DNA of 64,000 bases from contig CP182352.1 in NCBI GenBank assembly GCA_048571215.1, positions 2,720,001-2,784,000 of the forward strand. Direction: 5' to 3'. Positions 32,303-44,899 of this stretch are shown in pieces. A model generated the notes under the pieces. It had not been told where the DNA came from, made no database searches, and saw only the letters and a list, made by a program, of their open reading frames with translations. The position numbers were made by a program, and so were the translations under genes. Every line of letters begins with the position of its first letter. Position 1 is the stretch's first letter. The DNA comes from Halarcobacter sp. (GTDB taxonomy: Bacteria > Campylobacterota > Campylobacteria > Campylobacterales > Arcobacteraceae).

Positions 32303-33124
32303 TTAAAGGTCATTTTCTATTTTGAATTTTATTGAGTCTATAGCCTGTTTTAAAAGCTTTGTATCAAATCCATACTCTGTTGCTTTGTTTAATGCTCTTC
32401 TCACATTATGATCAGCAAGTGGAGCTGTAATATCACATAAGATTTTAATTATTTCAAGTATTTGAGCACTTTCTACATACTCTTTTGGACAATTTTCTAA
32501 ATCCTCTACAAATCCAATAGAGAAAATAAGATTATGACTTAGATTCCAATGTTTGAAGATATTTGCAGTGATTCTAGCACATGAATAAGTCATATAATCT
32601 TTTTCCACTTTTGAAGTGTTTTTAGTTACTTGTAGTTCATTTAAAAACTCTTCTTCTTTTTGTGCTTCTGTTACCACTTCTGCTATAACAAATTTACCTG
32701 TTTCTTGTAAAAATGCTGGTAAAAGTAGATCCTCTTTTAAATCAAATGATATTTTAGAAACCCAAGTATTTACAAGATTAGATGCTAAGTTTGCAGAAAA
32801 TAAGAAATCATCTGTTCCTACACCATAAGGTTTAAGATTTGTTTGGATTAAGTTTTGAATCACAGAACCTAATGCTATTGAGATTGTAAAATTTACCCCA
32901 AGAAGAGATATAGCTCGACTAGGAGTTTCTACTTGACTTACAAAACCAAACATTGCTGAGTTTGCGACCCTTAACACTGTAGTGATTATTAGGGGGTCTT
33001 TTTCAATGATTTTTAAAAGTTCTAAAGGCTCTTTGTCTGACATCTTTCTAAACTCTTCAAGCTCCATTACAGAATTTGGTAATGGTGGCAGTGAGTCAAT
33101 CTTATCAATTATAAGTTCTTTTAT
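32303..33124 (-). CDS. HDOD domain protein (start probably at ATA 33124; first ATG is 33067)
   Basis: IIEKDPLIITTVLRVANSAMFG HDOD motif. An in-frame upstream extension, IKELIIDKIDSLPPLPNSV, carries the family's N-terminal LPPLP motif. Confidence 0.8.
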   Translation of the reverse strand: MKELIIDKIDSLPPLPNSVMELEEFRKMSDKEPLELLKIIEKDPLIITTVLRVANSAMFGFVSQVETPSRAISLLGVNFTISIALGSVIQNLIQTNLKPYGVGTDDFLFSANLASNLVNTWVSKISFDLKEDLLLPAFLQETGKFVIAEVVTEAQKEEEFLNELQVTKNTSKVEKDYMTYSCARITANIFKHWNLSHNLIFSIGFVEDLENCPKEYVESAQILEIIKILCDITAPLADHNVRRALNKATEYGFDTKLLKQAIDSIKFKIENDL

Positions 33125-33125
33125 T

Positions 33126-34127
33126 TTACAAAATCCTACTTATTTCATCTTTTTGTGTTGATATAATATCAATTAATTGTTTATATTCATCTGTATTGAT
33201 TTTAAGTAATTTTACTTTTTCATCTAACATATCATACTCCTTGTTTTCGTTAAGATATTTATTACTTTGTTGAAATTCCTCTACGAGGCTATCTTCAAAG
33301 CTTTTTGAAGTATAAAACTCCTTCTTTTTATTTAATTTTGAAATCTTTTTATAAAAATGTAAAATTTCTATAAATTTATCATTTTTAAAAAAAGTAATAT
33401 TCTTGAAATCTGTATTTAAAATATTTAATAGTTTTAATAACAAAAAAGAACAGTTATTCATATATATCATATATTCACTTGTTTCATCAACAAACTCTTT
33501 GCCACCAAACTCTGAAAGTAAAGATAATTCATATCCATGAAACTGTTTTTCTAATGAATGATAAAAAAAATCTAAAACATAATCTATATCTTTATCTTCA
33601 AATGTTTTATGTTCTAAGTGTGTAAAATAGTAAAGTTGCTCCCCAATTAAATTATTTAATATTTTTATATGATTTTGCTCCAAAGGAATCATAAACTTAA
33701 CCATATTATTTGATTCTTTTAAAAGTTGTAAAAATTCATATATATATACTCTTTTTTCATTAATAACAGAAATAACTAAACAAAGTTCAGTAAAAACTTT
33801 TACTAAAATAGTATAACATTTAAAGAACCATTCAAAGGAACATTTATCATTTTCAAAAAAATTAGCTAACTTTTCTTCATAATACCTAAATAGCCTACTT
33901 ATCTCAACAACATCATAACTATCTTTATAAATACGAAACTCTTCATTAAAATAAAGCCTATTTAAAATCAATAATAAATTTTCTTCTGTGTGATTTTTCC
34001 CATAAAGGAAAGCATCTAAATCTTCTTTCACTTTAGTATAAATAATTTCCATATCTTCACAACTTTCCATCACAGACCTAATCTTAAAATAATTTATTAT
34101 ATAGAAATGAAACTTATATACTCTCAT
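33126..34127 (-). CDS. Hypothetical protein (start uncertain)
   Basis: 333-aa ORF whose stop abuts the HDOD gene; no motif recognised. Confidence 0.7.
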   Translation of the reverse strand: MRVYKFHFYIINYFKIRSVMESCEDMEIIYTKVKEDLDAFLYGKNHTEENLLLILNRLYFNEEFRIYKDSYDVVEISRLFRYYEEKLANFFENDKCSFEWFFKCYTILVKVFTELCLVISVINEKRVYIYEFLQLLKESNNMVKFMIPLEQNHIKILNNLIGEQLYYFTHLEHKTFEDKDIDYVLDFFYHSLEKQFHGYELSLLSEFGGKEFVDETSEYMIYMNNCSFLLLKLLNILNTDFKNITFFKNDKFIEILHFYKKISKLNKKKEFYTSKSFEDSLVEEFQQSNKYLNENKEYDMLDEKVKLLKINTDEYKQLIDIISTQKDEISRIL

Positions 34128-34215
34128 ATACTTAATTAATTAAAATTAACTCTTATAATTAAGTTTATATAAACTAAATTTGATATAATCAAAAAAATAT
34201 ATATAATAGGGATAA

Positions 34216-35568
<1,353 letters not shown>

Positions 35569-35587
35569 TTCAACTAGCATATTTATT

Positions 35588-35623
35588 AAAAAGGGTCAAG
35601 ATTTAGTTCTTGACCCTTTTTTT
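35588..35623 (+). terminator. Intrinsic terminator after thiC
   Basis: AAAAAGGGTCAAGA-TTTAGT-TCTTGACCCTTTTTTT. Confidence 0.85.
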
Positions 35624-35789
35624 ATTTAAATAAAAAACTTAAATATGTTTGTGTAAAAATCAATGATTTTTTAGATAGAATACCAAAAACTTTTATATTT
35701 AAAAAGATGAAAATTACAATTTCAATTTAAGAGTAAAATTATCCTATTTAAATATAATACGAAAAAATCATAATATATAAGGAAAATAG

Positions 35790-36959
35790 ATGGCAAACAT
35801 AGCTGAAATCAAAGAAGAATTATCAAAAGTTCTTTATCCAGGATTTCAAAAATCTATTGTGGATTTTGGATTTGTAAAAGATATTGAACTAAACTCAGAT
35901 AATAGCTGTACTTTATCTTTAGATATTACATCAAGTGCACCTGAAGTTGAAGAGACTTTACGAAAAGATATAAATGAAACTTTAGGAAAAATTGGTGTTA
36001 CAGCAACAATAAATGTAAAAAAACCAGAAGCTCCAAAACAACAAAGTAATAGTACAAGCGGAAATAATATTGCTCCACAAATTAAAAACTTTGTTATGGT
36101 AAGCTCAGGAAAAGGTGGAGTTGGAAAATCAACTACAACAGTAAACTTGGCAATAGCAGCAGCAATGCAAGGTAAAAAAGTTGGTGTCTTGGATGCAGAT
36201 ATTTATGGTCCTAACATTCCTCGTATGATGGGTCTATTAGGGCAAGAAGTTGAGATAGTTGGGAATAAAGCAAAACCATTTAGTGCCTATGGAATAGATG
36301 TTATGTCTATGGGTTCACTAATGGAAGAGGGACAAGCTCTTATTTGGAGAGGTGCTATGATTATGAAGGCTATTCAACAACTTCTAAGAGATATCTTATG
36401 GGAAGAGTTAGATATTCTTTTTATCGATATGCCTCCTGGAACTGGTGATGCCCAATTAACTTTAGCACAAAGTGTTCCTGTAACTTGTGGTGTAAATGTT
36501 ACAACTCCACAACATGTTGCTTTAGATGATAGTAGAAGATCATTAGATATGTTTAAAAAACTTCATATTCCAATTGGTGGTATTGTTGAAAATATGAGTG
36601 GGTTTATCTGTCCAAAATGTGGTGAAGAATCAGATATCTTTGGAATGGGAACTTGTGAAGAGTTAGCAAAACAATACGATACACAAGTATTAGGAAATCT
36701 TCCAATTGAACCTGCTATTAGAGAAGGTGGAGATGCTGGAAAACCAGTTGTTTATTTCCAACCTGAATCAGAATCAGCAAAAAGATATATGAGTGCAGCT
36801 GCTAAACTTATAGCTTATGTGGATCAAGTAAGTGATAGTGCTGAAAATGCGTCTATCCAACCAACAACACCTCCTGGTGTATCTGCTTGCTCAACAGCAG
36901 GTGCTAGTTCAGCACAACAAAAACCTCAAGACAATGAAAGTTGTGGATGTGGACACTAA
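35790..36959 (+). CDS. mrp: Mrp/ApbC (NBP35) Fe-S cluster carrier ATPase
   Basis: SSGKGGVGKSTT, DADIYGPN, IWRG, DMPPGTGD and ENMS.FICPKCG. Confidence 0.93.
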   Translation: MANIAEIKEELSKVLYPGFQKSIVDFGFVKDIELNSDNSCTLSLDITSSAPEVEETLRKDINETLGKIGVTATINVKKPEAPKQQSNSTSGNNIAPQIKNFVMVSSGKGGVGKSTTTVNLAIAAAMQGKKVGVLDADIYGPNIPRMMGLLGQEVEIVGNKAKPFSAYGIDVMSMGSLMEEGQALIWRGAMIMKAIQQLLRDILWEELDILFIDMPPGTGDAQLTLAQSVPVTCGVNVTTPQHVALDDSRRSLDMFKKLHIPIGGIVENMSGFICPKCGEESDIFGMGTCEELAKQYDTQVLGNLPIEPAIREGGDAGKPVVYFQPESESAKRYMSAAAKLIAYVDQVSDSAENASIQPTTPPGVSACSTAGASSAQQKPQDNESCGCGH

Positions 36960-36986
36960 ATAAAAAGAGCTTTTCTCTTTTTATTT
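36958..36986. terminator. Terminator between mrp and convergent MCP gene
   Basis: AAATAAAAAGAG-CTTTT-CTCTTTTTATTT inverted repeat. Confidence 0.65.
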
Positions 36987-37028
36987 AACTTTAAACCTTT
37001 AAAATAAAGTAGTTATTTTTTAACTACT

Positions 37029-38495
37029 TTATTCATTTTCCTCAACTTTCATATCTTTTGCTTTTACATCATTTTTACCAATAAACTCTTTTTCATCTGC
37101 ACTTGTAACAATAAGTTTAGCAATACTATCTGTGGTAGATGCAATATTATGAGTTTGAGATGCAATCATTGCATTTTGTTGGGTTTGTTGATCAAGTTGA
37201 TTTACTGCATCATTAATTTGTTCAATTCCTAGAAGTTGCTCTTTACTTGACATCTCAATATCAGAAATCAGGTTAATAGTTTGTTGAATATTTTCATTTA
37301 ACTCTTTATACCCCTCAATCATATTTCCAGCTATATTTTTACCCTCATTTGCTTTTGAAGTAGCATTTTCAACTATAGTTTTTATCTCTTTTGCAGCTTC
37401 GGCACTTCTTGAGGCTAGATTTCTTACTTCTTGTGCAACTACGGCAAATCCTTTACCAGCTTCCCCTGCAGTTGCTGCTTCTACTGCTGCATTTAAGCTT
37501 AGTATATTTGTTTGAAATGCTATTTGATCAATTACACTAATTGCTTCATTTATTGATTTAACTTGCACATTAATTTCATCCATTGCAGAAGTAGTCTGAT
37601 TTGCAAGATTTTCCCCACTAGAAGCAGAACTTGTAACATTACTTGAATAGTTTGCCATTTTTGCAATGTTTTGAGTATTATTTCTTATATTTGAAGTCAT
37701 TTGTTCTAAAGCTGCAGCTGTTTCTTCCAAACTTGCCGCTGCTTCATTTGAACTTTGATTTAATTTATCTACATTTGATAAAAGTAAATCTGAACCTCTA
37801 TCAAGAGTTAATCCATTTTCTTTATTTTCAACTAACATATCATTTACAACATTAGCAAGACCATTTAAACCTTTAGATACCTCTCCTAAATTATTCCCTG
37901 TAATTCTATGGGTAAAATCTAATTTTTGATAAGATGCTAAAGCATCTTCTATTTTATTTAGATTGCCATCAACTTTTGAAGTCACAACTTGAAATAATTC
38001 ATTTATACCATCTTTAAGCTCTTCAATACTTTCATTTGTAGTTGTTTGGGTTATAGTTTGATCCATAATACCTGTTTTTGCCAAATCAACTGCATTTTTT
38101 ACAGAATCAATTACTTTTTTAGCTTCAGTAATATCTTGAGCAAATTTAACAACACGAGTAACTTTTCCACTTTTATTTTTTACAGGTGTATATGAAGCTT
38201 GAATCCAAACAGAACTACCATCTTTTCTAATTCTTTCAAACTCATTTATTTGAGATACTCCATTGGCTAAATTATTCCAAAAATCTACATATTCGCTGGT
38301 GGTTATATATTTCTTATTACAAAACATTCTATGATGTTTACCAACTACCTCATTAAGCTTATAACCTAATACATTTAAAAAATTCTCATTTGCATGTATT
38401 ATTGTCCCATCAGGATGGAATGATATAATTGCAAAATTTTCTTCCATTGCATTTAATCTTCCTATTTCCTCTTCTGTTTTCCCAAAATTAAACAT
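37029..38495 (-). CDS. Cytoplasmic PAS-domain methyl-accepting chemotaxis protein
   Basis: N-terminal PAS ([28 protein letters not shown]), no TM segment, MCP signature present. Confidence 0.92.
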   Translation of the reverse strand: MFNFGKTEEEIGRLNAMEENFAIISFHPDGTIIHANENFLNVLGYKLNEVVGKHHRMFCNKKYITTSEYVDFWNNLANGVSQINEFERIRKDGSSVWIQASYTPVKNKSGKVTRVVKFAQDITEAKKVIDSVKNAVDLAKTGIMDQTITQTTTNESIEELKDGINELFQVVTSKVDGNLNKIEDALASYQKLDFTHRITGNNLGEVSKGLNGLANVVNDMLVENKENGLTLDRGSDLLLSNVDKLNQSSNEAAASLEETAAALEQMTSNIRNNTQNIAKMANYSSNVTSSASSGENLANQTTSAMDEINVQVKSINEAISVIDQIAFQTNILSLNAAVEAATAGEAGKGFAVVAQEVRNLASRSAEAAKEIKTIVENATSKANEGKNIAGNMIEGYKELNENIQQTINLISDIEMSSKEQLLGIEQINDAVNQLDQQTQQNAMIASQTHNIASTTDSIAKLIVTSADEKEFIGKNDVKAKDMKVEENE

Positions 38496-38701
38496 AATCC
38501 TAATCCTTAAATATTGTTAAAATTGTTAATTTTAACTATTATATTTTATGTATAATATATTATTTTATTAAATTTTTTTACATAAAAACCACTTAGATTT
38601 TTAAAAAATTTGTTATTTTTATAAAAATCTTTTTAGCTATTACTATTATCCCCCATTTATTGGGATAAAATTATATTAATAAGAATTATATAAATAAAAA
38701 G

Positions 38702-39382
38702 TTAAGAAGTAGTCAAGATTTTATATCCTATTCCATAAATATTATGAATTAGGTCTTTATGCATTTTTTTTCTAAGATTAGTAATCATTGTTTTTAAAGT
38801 TTGTTTATTTGGTAATTCAAAATCTTCCCAAACCTCATAAAGAAGTTCGTCATAAGTAACAATAGATCCAAGATTAGAAAACATATAATTTAAGATTTTT
38901 TTCTCTTTTGGTGTTAAGATTATTGTTTCTCCAAATTTAATTAATTCTAAGGTTTTAAAATTCCATAAAAAATCTTCATCAATTTGAAGCAATGTATTTG
39001 ATATTATTTTATAGTTTTCTAATTCAGCAAATGCATTTTTTACTGCATCTAGAAGCTCTTGTTTATCTATTGGTTTTAAAATATATCTTGTAAGTTTTAA
39101 AGATGAGGCTTTTAATAAGTATTCTAAATCTGTATGGGATGTAATAAAAATTATTTTGGTATTAAAATCATTTTCTCTAACCTTGGATGCTAATTTTATA
39201 CCATCCATAATAGGCATATTTATATCTGTTACAATCACACTAGGATTGTATTTTTCATATATTTCATAGGCATTTCTACCATTTTTTGCTATTTTTATAT
39301 TATATTCAGTAGATAATATTTCAGAAACTATTTCAATGTTTATAGATTCATCATCTACAACTAAAACAGTTTTATCATCCAT
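38702..39382 (-). CDS. OmpR-family response regulator
   Basis: VLVVDDE, TDINMPIMDG, KP and C-terminal winged helix (LTPKE..IYGIGY). Confidence 0.92.
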   Translation of the reverse strand: MDDKTVLVVDDESINIEIVSEILSTEYNIKIAKNGRNAYEIYEKYNPSVIVTDINMPIMDGIKLASKVRENDFNTKIIFITSHTDLEYLLKASSLKLTRYILKPIDKQELLDAVKNAFAELENYKIISNTLLQIDEDFLWNFKTLELIKFGETIILTPKEKKILNYMFSNLGSIVTYDELLYEVWEDFELPNKQTLKTMITNLRKKMHKDLIHNIYGIGYKILTTS

Positions 39383-39385
39383 CCC

Positions 39386-42300
39386 TTACTCCTTCTGTAC
39401 TATTTCTTTTTTTATCTTACTTAAAGAATCTATAAGTTCACTATAATCATAATTTGAAAAATAAGTTTCAATATTTTTTATAATATCTTCATCAACTAAA
39501 GAGTTTAACACTTCAACAAGTTGTTCTATTCTTGAACTTCTTATAAAATTATCTTCTTTTAAGTCCTTTATTATCTCATTAATAATCTTTAAAATTTCTT
39601 TATCATTATACCTCAAATTATCTATTTTAGGCTTATTAATAATATTTGTTTTAATTGATTGAAGAATCATTCTCATCTCAACTTTTAATTTTGCCAATAA
39701 CTGCTCTTTTATCAAAATAATCTTAGTATTTTCAATAGAATTACAAATATCATAAATCTTCATTGCTTGAATATTTCCACTAACCCCTTTTAATTTATGT
39801 AAATATCTATTAAAATCTTCACTACTTAAATCTATATCATCTAATATGGTTTCAATATTATTATAATTTTTATAATATTTTATGACTAAGGACAAGGCTT
39901 GATTAGAATCAAAAGATAAATTTTGCATCAATTCTTTAAAATTTATGCCATAAATATTTACCTCATATTCAGTTTTGTGCTTTCCTATCTTAGTATAACT
40001 CACATCAAAATATTTTGATATTAAAGTTTCAAATTCTTCTTTTATAATAGGTTTAGATATATGTCCATCCATACCAACTTGTTTTGTCATAACTTTATCT
40101 TTTTCCATAACAGCTGCACTTAGGGCAATTATTGGTATGGAAGAGTTAAACTCTCTTATTCTTTGGGTTGCACCAAAACCATCTAAGTTTGGCATTTGTA
40201 AATCCATAAAGATAATATCATAGGTATTATTCTTAACTTTTTCTACTGCTTCTAAGCCATCATTTGCTATATCTACTTTAAAACCAATTTTTTCTAATAT
40301 TGCTTTTGCAACTATTTGATTTGTTTCATTATCTTCAACCACTAAAACACTTTTTTCAACATTTAAGCTTAAATAGCTACTTTTAGTTTCTATCTTTTGT
40401 TCATTTTGGAAATCAAATATTATATTGTATAAAGATGATGGAGTAAAAGGTTTTTCTAAAACTTTAGTAATTTTTATATTTTTTTCTAAAAGGATATCTT
40501 CCATTTTTTTCTTATTATAAGAGTTTACCAATAATATATATTTTATATCTGTTTGTTTATTTTTAAATTCATTTAATAGTTGTAAATCATTAGTAGTTAG
40601 CATATTACAAGCAATCATAGCACAATCAATTTTTTGTTTTTCTAATATCTCAAGAGCTTTTTTCCCATCTTGCGCAACAATAATCTCAACACCCCAAGAC
40701 TTCAAAATATTACTTAGGTATTCACTTTCTATTTTATTACAACTTACTATTAAATATTTTTTTCTACAATTTACTACTTTTTTGACTTCTAAATCATTCT
40801 TTTTAAAATATTTTAACTCAAGTTCAAAATAAAACTTACTTCCTTTTTTCTCTTCACTTTCTAAGTAAATCTTACCATTCATCAAGTTTATAATTCGTTT
40901 TGAAATAACTAAACCTAAACCTGAACCACCATATTTCCTTTCACTTGATGTATCTAATTGTTCAAACGATTTAAAAAGTCTTTTTTGATTCTCTTCGCTA
41001 ATTCCAATACCAGAATCTTCTACACAAAAAATAAAAGTAGCTTTATTTTTGTTAAACTCTTTTGCTTTTACTTTTATAACAATATAACCCTCATGTGTGA
41101 ATTTTATTGCATTGCCTACAAGATTATTTAAAACTTGTGTTAATCTTAATGAATCCCCAAGTAGTAAAGAAGGAGTATCTTTTTCAATCAAAAAAATCAA
41201 ATCTAACTGTTTCTCATATGCTCTATAAGCAAATAAATTTGATATATTTTTAAAGATATCTTCTAAATTAAACTTATGATTTATAATATCTAGCTTCCCT
41301 GCTTCAATTTTTGAGTAATCCAAAATATCATTAATAATATTTAATAATGCACTTGATGAATGTTCAGCTTTTTTAAGATACTCTTTTTGCAAATCCCCCA
41401 TAGGCATATCTAAAACTAAATTTATCAATCCAATTATTCCATTTAAAGGAGTTCTAACCTCATGGGACATATTTGCCAAAAATTCAGATTTTGAATTGTT
41501 TGCTTTTTCAGCATTTGTTTTTGCAACTATTGCCTCTTCAAATAGCCTGATATTTTCTGTTATATCTCTTGATGAAGCATAAATCAACTCTTTTCCATCA
41601 ATCTCAATAAGTTTTGCATTTATTTGTACAGGGATAATTGTTTCATCTTTTCTTTTATAACTTGTGTTAAAGATTTTTCCCTCTTTAGAGATAGAAGAAA
41701 GATATTTTTTATTGTTTGTTAAAACATTTATATCCCATTGTTTTAAATTTAGTTTCATCACCTCTTCATAACTATACCCCAACATATTTGCAAAAGCGAT
41801 ACTTGATTCAACAATATTTCCATTTAGATCAATAACATGCAAACCATCAGTTGCTGAACTTAAAAGGTATTGATATTTTAGTTTTTGATTTACTATTTGA
41901 TTTTGTATCTTATCTCTTTCTGTTATATCAATTCCAATAGTAGCTATATAATCCATACTACTATCATCTTTTTGAACTAGTGTATTTGACCATTCAAATA
42001 TTCTTTCTTCTTTATCTTTTGATAACCAACTGCTTTTATAAGATCTTACAATCTTACCTTGTTTTGCTTTTTCAATAATGCTTTTTACATTATCCCTTAT
42101 CTCTTCAGGTAAAAATCTATTCCAAAAAAATGGTTCACTTGCTATCTCATCTTGTGTATATCCTGTAAACTGCTCCGCGTATTTATTTACCTTTATCATT
42201 ACACCTTGATTATCAATTACTGCAATAATTGCATTTGCACTATTTATAATATTAGATACAAAATCTTTTTCTTTTATGAGTTGCTCTTCTAATTCTTTCT

Positions 42301-43543
42301 CTTTTGTAATATCTCGTACTGAAGCATATACATATTTTTCATTTGATATCTCAATTATTGTAGATGTTATTGCTGCTATATAAGTTGTATTATCTTTTCT
42401 TGTATGTTTTCTTTGAATATATACAGGTTCATTTGATAATTGCGCTCTTAATCTACGGTATTCATCTTTGCTAATATTTTTATCCCAATCAAATACACGA
42501 AGAGTTTTCATCTCCTCATTATTATAACCAAGCATTTTTTTTGCATTTTCACTAAAATGTATAAGATTCCCATTTTTATCTATAATAAAAATACCATCTG
42601 AAGATAGTTCCATTAAAGTTTGATATTTATTTTTTTCTTTATTTATTCTCTCTTCATTATCTTGTAAAATTTTATTACGATATAGAATAAAAGCAATAAT
42701 AACTAGTGCAAGTGATAAAATCCAATAAGCTAAAGTATAATCTAGTTTTTCTATACTTTTGTTATGTAACCATCTATTTATAATCTCTTGTTTTTTCTTT
42801 TTATCCATATTATCAATAAGTTTATTTAAAATAGTTACTAATTGACTATTTTGTTTATTGACAATAAAACGAACATCAATATTAAACTTAGTAGTACCAG
42901 AAATTTTTAAGTTAGTATAAGATAGCCTATTTAACTCATAATTGATAACAGGCAAGATATCTGCTGCTGCAAAAACCTTCCCATTTGCAAGTAAATCTAA
43001 TGCATCTCGAATATTTTTTACTGGAACAAATTTTATCTTTGGATAGTGCTTTTGTAAAAGTTTATGGGCAGAATACTTATCTCCAACAGCTATAGTTTTC
43101 CCTTCTAGCTCACTTATATCTATTAAAAACTTCTCTTTAATATTTGTCGCAATTGCCAAGGGAAATGATGCATAAGGTTTAGTAAATGAAGCATACTTTT
43201 CTTTATCATTTGTTTTTGAAGATGCTATTATAACTCCATAAGGATTTTTTTTAAAAACTTTTAATATTTTAGTAAAACTTTCTATACTTATATACTTAAA
43301 TTTAATATTTGAATTTTTTATTAGCTCATCCCACATATCTATGGAGATACCTTTTATAATACCATTTTCTGCAAAACTAAAAGGTGGCCATCCTTTTTTA
43401 TTATAATAGATATCGAAAACTTTATTTTCTAAATATTTTTTTTCTTTTTCATCTATTTGTAGTTTAGTTTCTACAGGTTTTAAATCCTCTGAGAATAGAT
43501 TTGTAATAAATAATATAGATAAAACTATTAAAAAAAATTTCAT
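39386..43543 (-). CDS. Hybrid sensor histidine kinase (periplasmic binding domain, 3 PAS, HisKA, HATPase, 2 REC, Hpt)
   Basis: SBP_bac_3-like domain (WPPFSF), PAS repeats, FLANMSHEVRTPLNG, NLVGNAIKFT, GGSGLGL, FMDLQMPNLDG and HKLKGVSGN. The first receiver lacks the Asp. Confidence 0.92.
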   Translation of the reverse strand: MKFFLIVLSILFITNLFSEDLKPVETKLQIDEKEKKYLENKVFDIYYNKKGWPPFSFAENGIIKGISIDMWDELIKNSNIKFKYISIESFTKILKVFKKNPYGVIIASSKTNDKEKYASFTKPYASFPLAIATNIKEKFLIDISELEGKTIAVGDKYSAHKLLQKHYPKIKFVPVKNIRDALDLLANGKVFAAADILPVINYELNRLSYTNLKISGTTKFNIDVRFIVNKQNSQLVTILNKLIDNMDKKKKQEIINRWLHNKSIEKLDYTLAYWILSLALVIIAFILYRNKILQDNEERINKEKNKYQTLMELSSDGIFIIDKNGNLIHFSENAKKMLGYNNEEMKTLRVFDWDKNISKDEYRRLRAQLSNEPVYIQRKHTRKDNTTYIAAITSTIIEISNEKYVYASVRDITKEKELEEQLIKEKDFVSNIINSANAIIAVIDNQGVMIKVNKYAEQFTGYTQDEIASEPFFWNRFLPEEIRDNVKSIIEKAKQGKIVRSYKSSWLSKDKEERIFEWSNTLVQKDDSSMDYIATIGIDITERDKIQNQIVNQKLKYQYLLSSATDGLHVIDLNGNIVESSIAFANMLGYSYEEVMKLNLKQWDINVLTNNKKYLSSISKEGKIFNTSYKRKDETIIPVQINAKLIEIDGKELIYASSRDITENIRLFEEAIVAKTNAEKANNSKSEFLANMSHEVRTPLNGIIGLINLVLDMPMGDLQKEYLKKAEHSSSALLNIINDILDYSKIEAGKLDIINHKFNLEDIFKNISNLFAYRAYEKQLDLIFLIEKDTPSLLLGDSLRLTQVLNNLVGNAIKFTHEGYIVIKVKAKEFNKNKATFIFCVEDSGIGISEENQKRLFKSFEQLDTSSERKYGGSGLGLVISKRIINLMNGKIYLESEEKKGSKFYFELELKYFKKNDLEVKKVVNCRKKYLIVSCNKIESEYLSNILKSWGVEIIVAQDGKKALEILEKQKIDCAMIACNMLTTNDLQLLNEFKNKQTDIKYILLVNSYNKKKMEDILLEKNIKITKVLEKPFTPSSLYNIIFDFQNEQKIETKSSYLSLNVEKSVLVVEDNETNQIVAKAILEKIGFKVDIANDGLEAVEKVKNNTYDIIFMDLQMPNLDGFGATQRIREFNSSIPIIALSAAVMEKDKVMTKQVGMDGHISKPIIKEEFETLISKYFDVSYTKIGKHKTEYEVNIYGINFKELMQNLSFDSNQALSLVIKYYKNYNNIETILDDIDLSSEDFNRYLHKLKGVSGNIQAMKIYDICNSIENTKIILIKEQLLAKLKVEMRMILQSIKTNIINKPKIDNLRYNDKEILKIINEIIKDLKEDNFIRSSRIEQLVEVLNSLVDEDIIKNIETYFSNYDYSELIDSLSKIKKEIVQKE

Positions 43544-43759
43544 GATATGGTAAGTCTCTTTTTATATAATCTCTTCTATTCTACTTAAATATATCTTATA
43601 TAAATAAAAATTACTTACTTAAAATACTCTTTATGAAGAACTATTTTTTTATAATATAATTATATTTTATTAACTTATTATAAGGCATACTTATTATATT
43701 TTATATGTAAATTAAGTGTAGAAGTTTTATAATTAGTTATGAAAACAAAGGGGGATACT

Positions 43760-43873
43760 ATGTTTTTACAAGAAATTTTTTTATTTGTTGTTGGAGGGTT
43801 GTTGGTTTTTATGGTTTTAAGTTTTATTGTTAAAAACTTTATTAGAAGAAGTAATAAAAAAAAGGGTATATAA
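43760..43873 (+). CDS. Putative 37-aa single-pass membrane peptide (below ORF-track size cutoff)
   Basis: MFLQEIFLFVVGGLLVFMVLSFIVKNFIRRSNKKKGY*, with strong SD AAGGGGGA just upstream of ATG 43760. Confidence 0.55.
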   Translation: MFLQEIFLFVVGGLLVFMVLSFIVKNFIRRSNKKKGI

Positions 43874-43883
43874 AATACCCTTC

Positions 43884-44567
43884 TTATTTATCAGTTCTTG
43901 AATTTTTCTCTTCAATTCCTGATAAACCAAATCTTCTAGCTAATTCTTGTTTCACTCTATCTGGATTTATATTTTTACTTGATAAAGCAACTAACATATG
44001 ATATACAATATCAGCAGCTTCATAGATAATCTCTTCTTCATCATTGTCTTTAATAGCAAAAGTAAACTCTCCTGCTTCTTCTACAATCTTCTTAAGCATA
44101 GAGTTCTCTTTACCCTTTAAAAGTTTAGCAGTATATGATTTTGTTGGATCATCATTTTTTCTTGATTCTATTACATGGTATAGATTATCTATTACTCCAT
44201 AAGAACTGCTAGCATCTACTTCAATATCTTGAATAATATCATTTGTCTCTAAATCGGTAAAAAAACAAGATTTTCTACCCGTATGACATGCAACACCTAT
44301 CTGTTCTACTTTTAACAAAACAGTATCATTGTCACAATCTAACATAATATTTTTTACATTTTGTAGGTGCCCTGAGCTTTCACCTTTTTTCCAGATTCTT
44401 TGTTTACTTCTTGAAAAATAGTGTGCTTGCTTTGTTTTTAAAGTTAAATCTAAAGCCTCTTTATCCATATAAGCCAACATCAACACTTCATTTGTACTAA
44501 TGTCTTGGGTAATTACAGGAATCATTCCATCCATCTTTTCCCAATCTATCATCTCTAAACTATCCAT
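43884..44567 (-). CDS. hisIE: Bifunctional phosphoribosyl-AMP cyclohydrolase / phosphoribosyl-ATP pyrophosphatase
   Basis: SRSKQRIWKKGESSGH, DCDND, ACHTGRKSCFF, SYTAKLL and EAADIVYH. Confidence 0.96.
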   Translation of the reverse strand: MDSLEMIDWEKMDGMIPVITQDISTNEVLMLAYMDKEALDLTLKTKQAHYFSRSKQRIWKKGESSGHLQNVKNIMLDCDNDTVLLKVEQIGVACHTGRKSCFFTDLETNDIIQDIEVDASSSYGVIDNLYHVIESRKNDDPTKSYTAKLLKGKENSMLKKIVEEAGEFTFAIKDNDEEEIIYEAADIVYHMLVALSSKNINPDRVKQELARRFGLSGIEEKNSRTDK

Positions 44568-44575
44568 TTTTTACC

Positions 44576-44866
44576 TTAAAAATTTGTTCCCATATTTATC
44601 TTCACACTATCTATAGGTTTTTCTAAATTATTTTTATCAATACCCACATCCCCATCTATCTTTATCTTTTTCTTAGTTTTTTTACTAATATGATTAGCAT
44701 CTAAACTTGGGTCTTTTTCATATTTATTTTTTACTTGATAATCTTCTTTTGTTTTTTGTTCATCTGTTGGTTCAAGCTTTATATCCAAATTTTTATCATT
44801 TAAATTTATTTCTGAACTAAAAACTAATAACTGAAAAAAGATTAGTGTTATTAAAATTTTAAACAT
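44576..44866 (-). CDS. Hypothetical exported protein
   Basis: Signal-peptide-like N-terminus, SD GAGGTG and C-terminal Phe. Confidence 0.6.
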   Translation of the reverse strand: MFKILITLIFFQLLVFSSEINLNDKNLDIKLEPTDEQKTKEDYQVKNKYEKDPSLDANHISKKTKKKIKIDGDVGIDKNNLEKPIDSVKINMGTNF

Positions 44867-44899
44867 AAATCACCTCATCAAAGGTGAGAAAAACTCACC

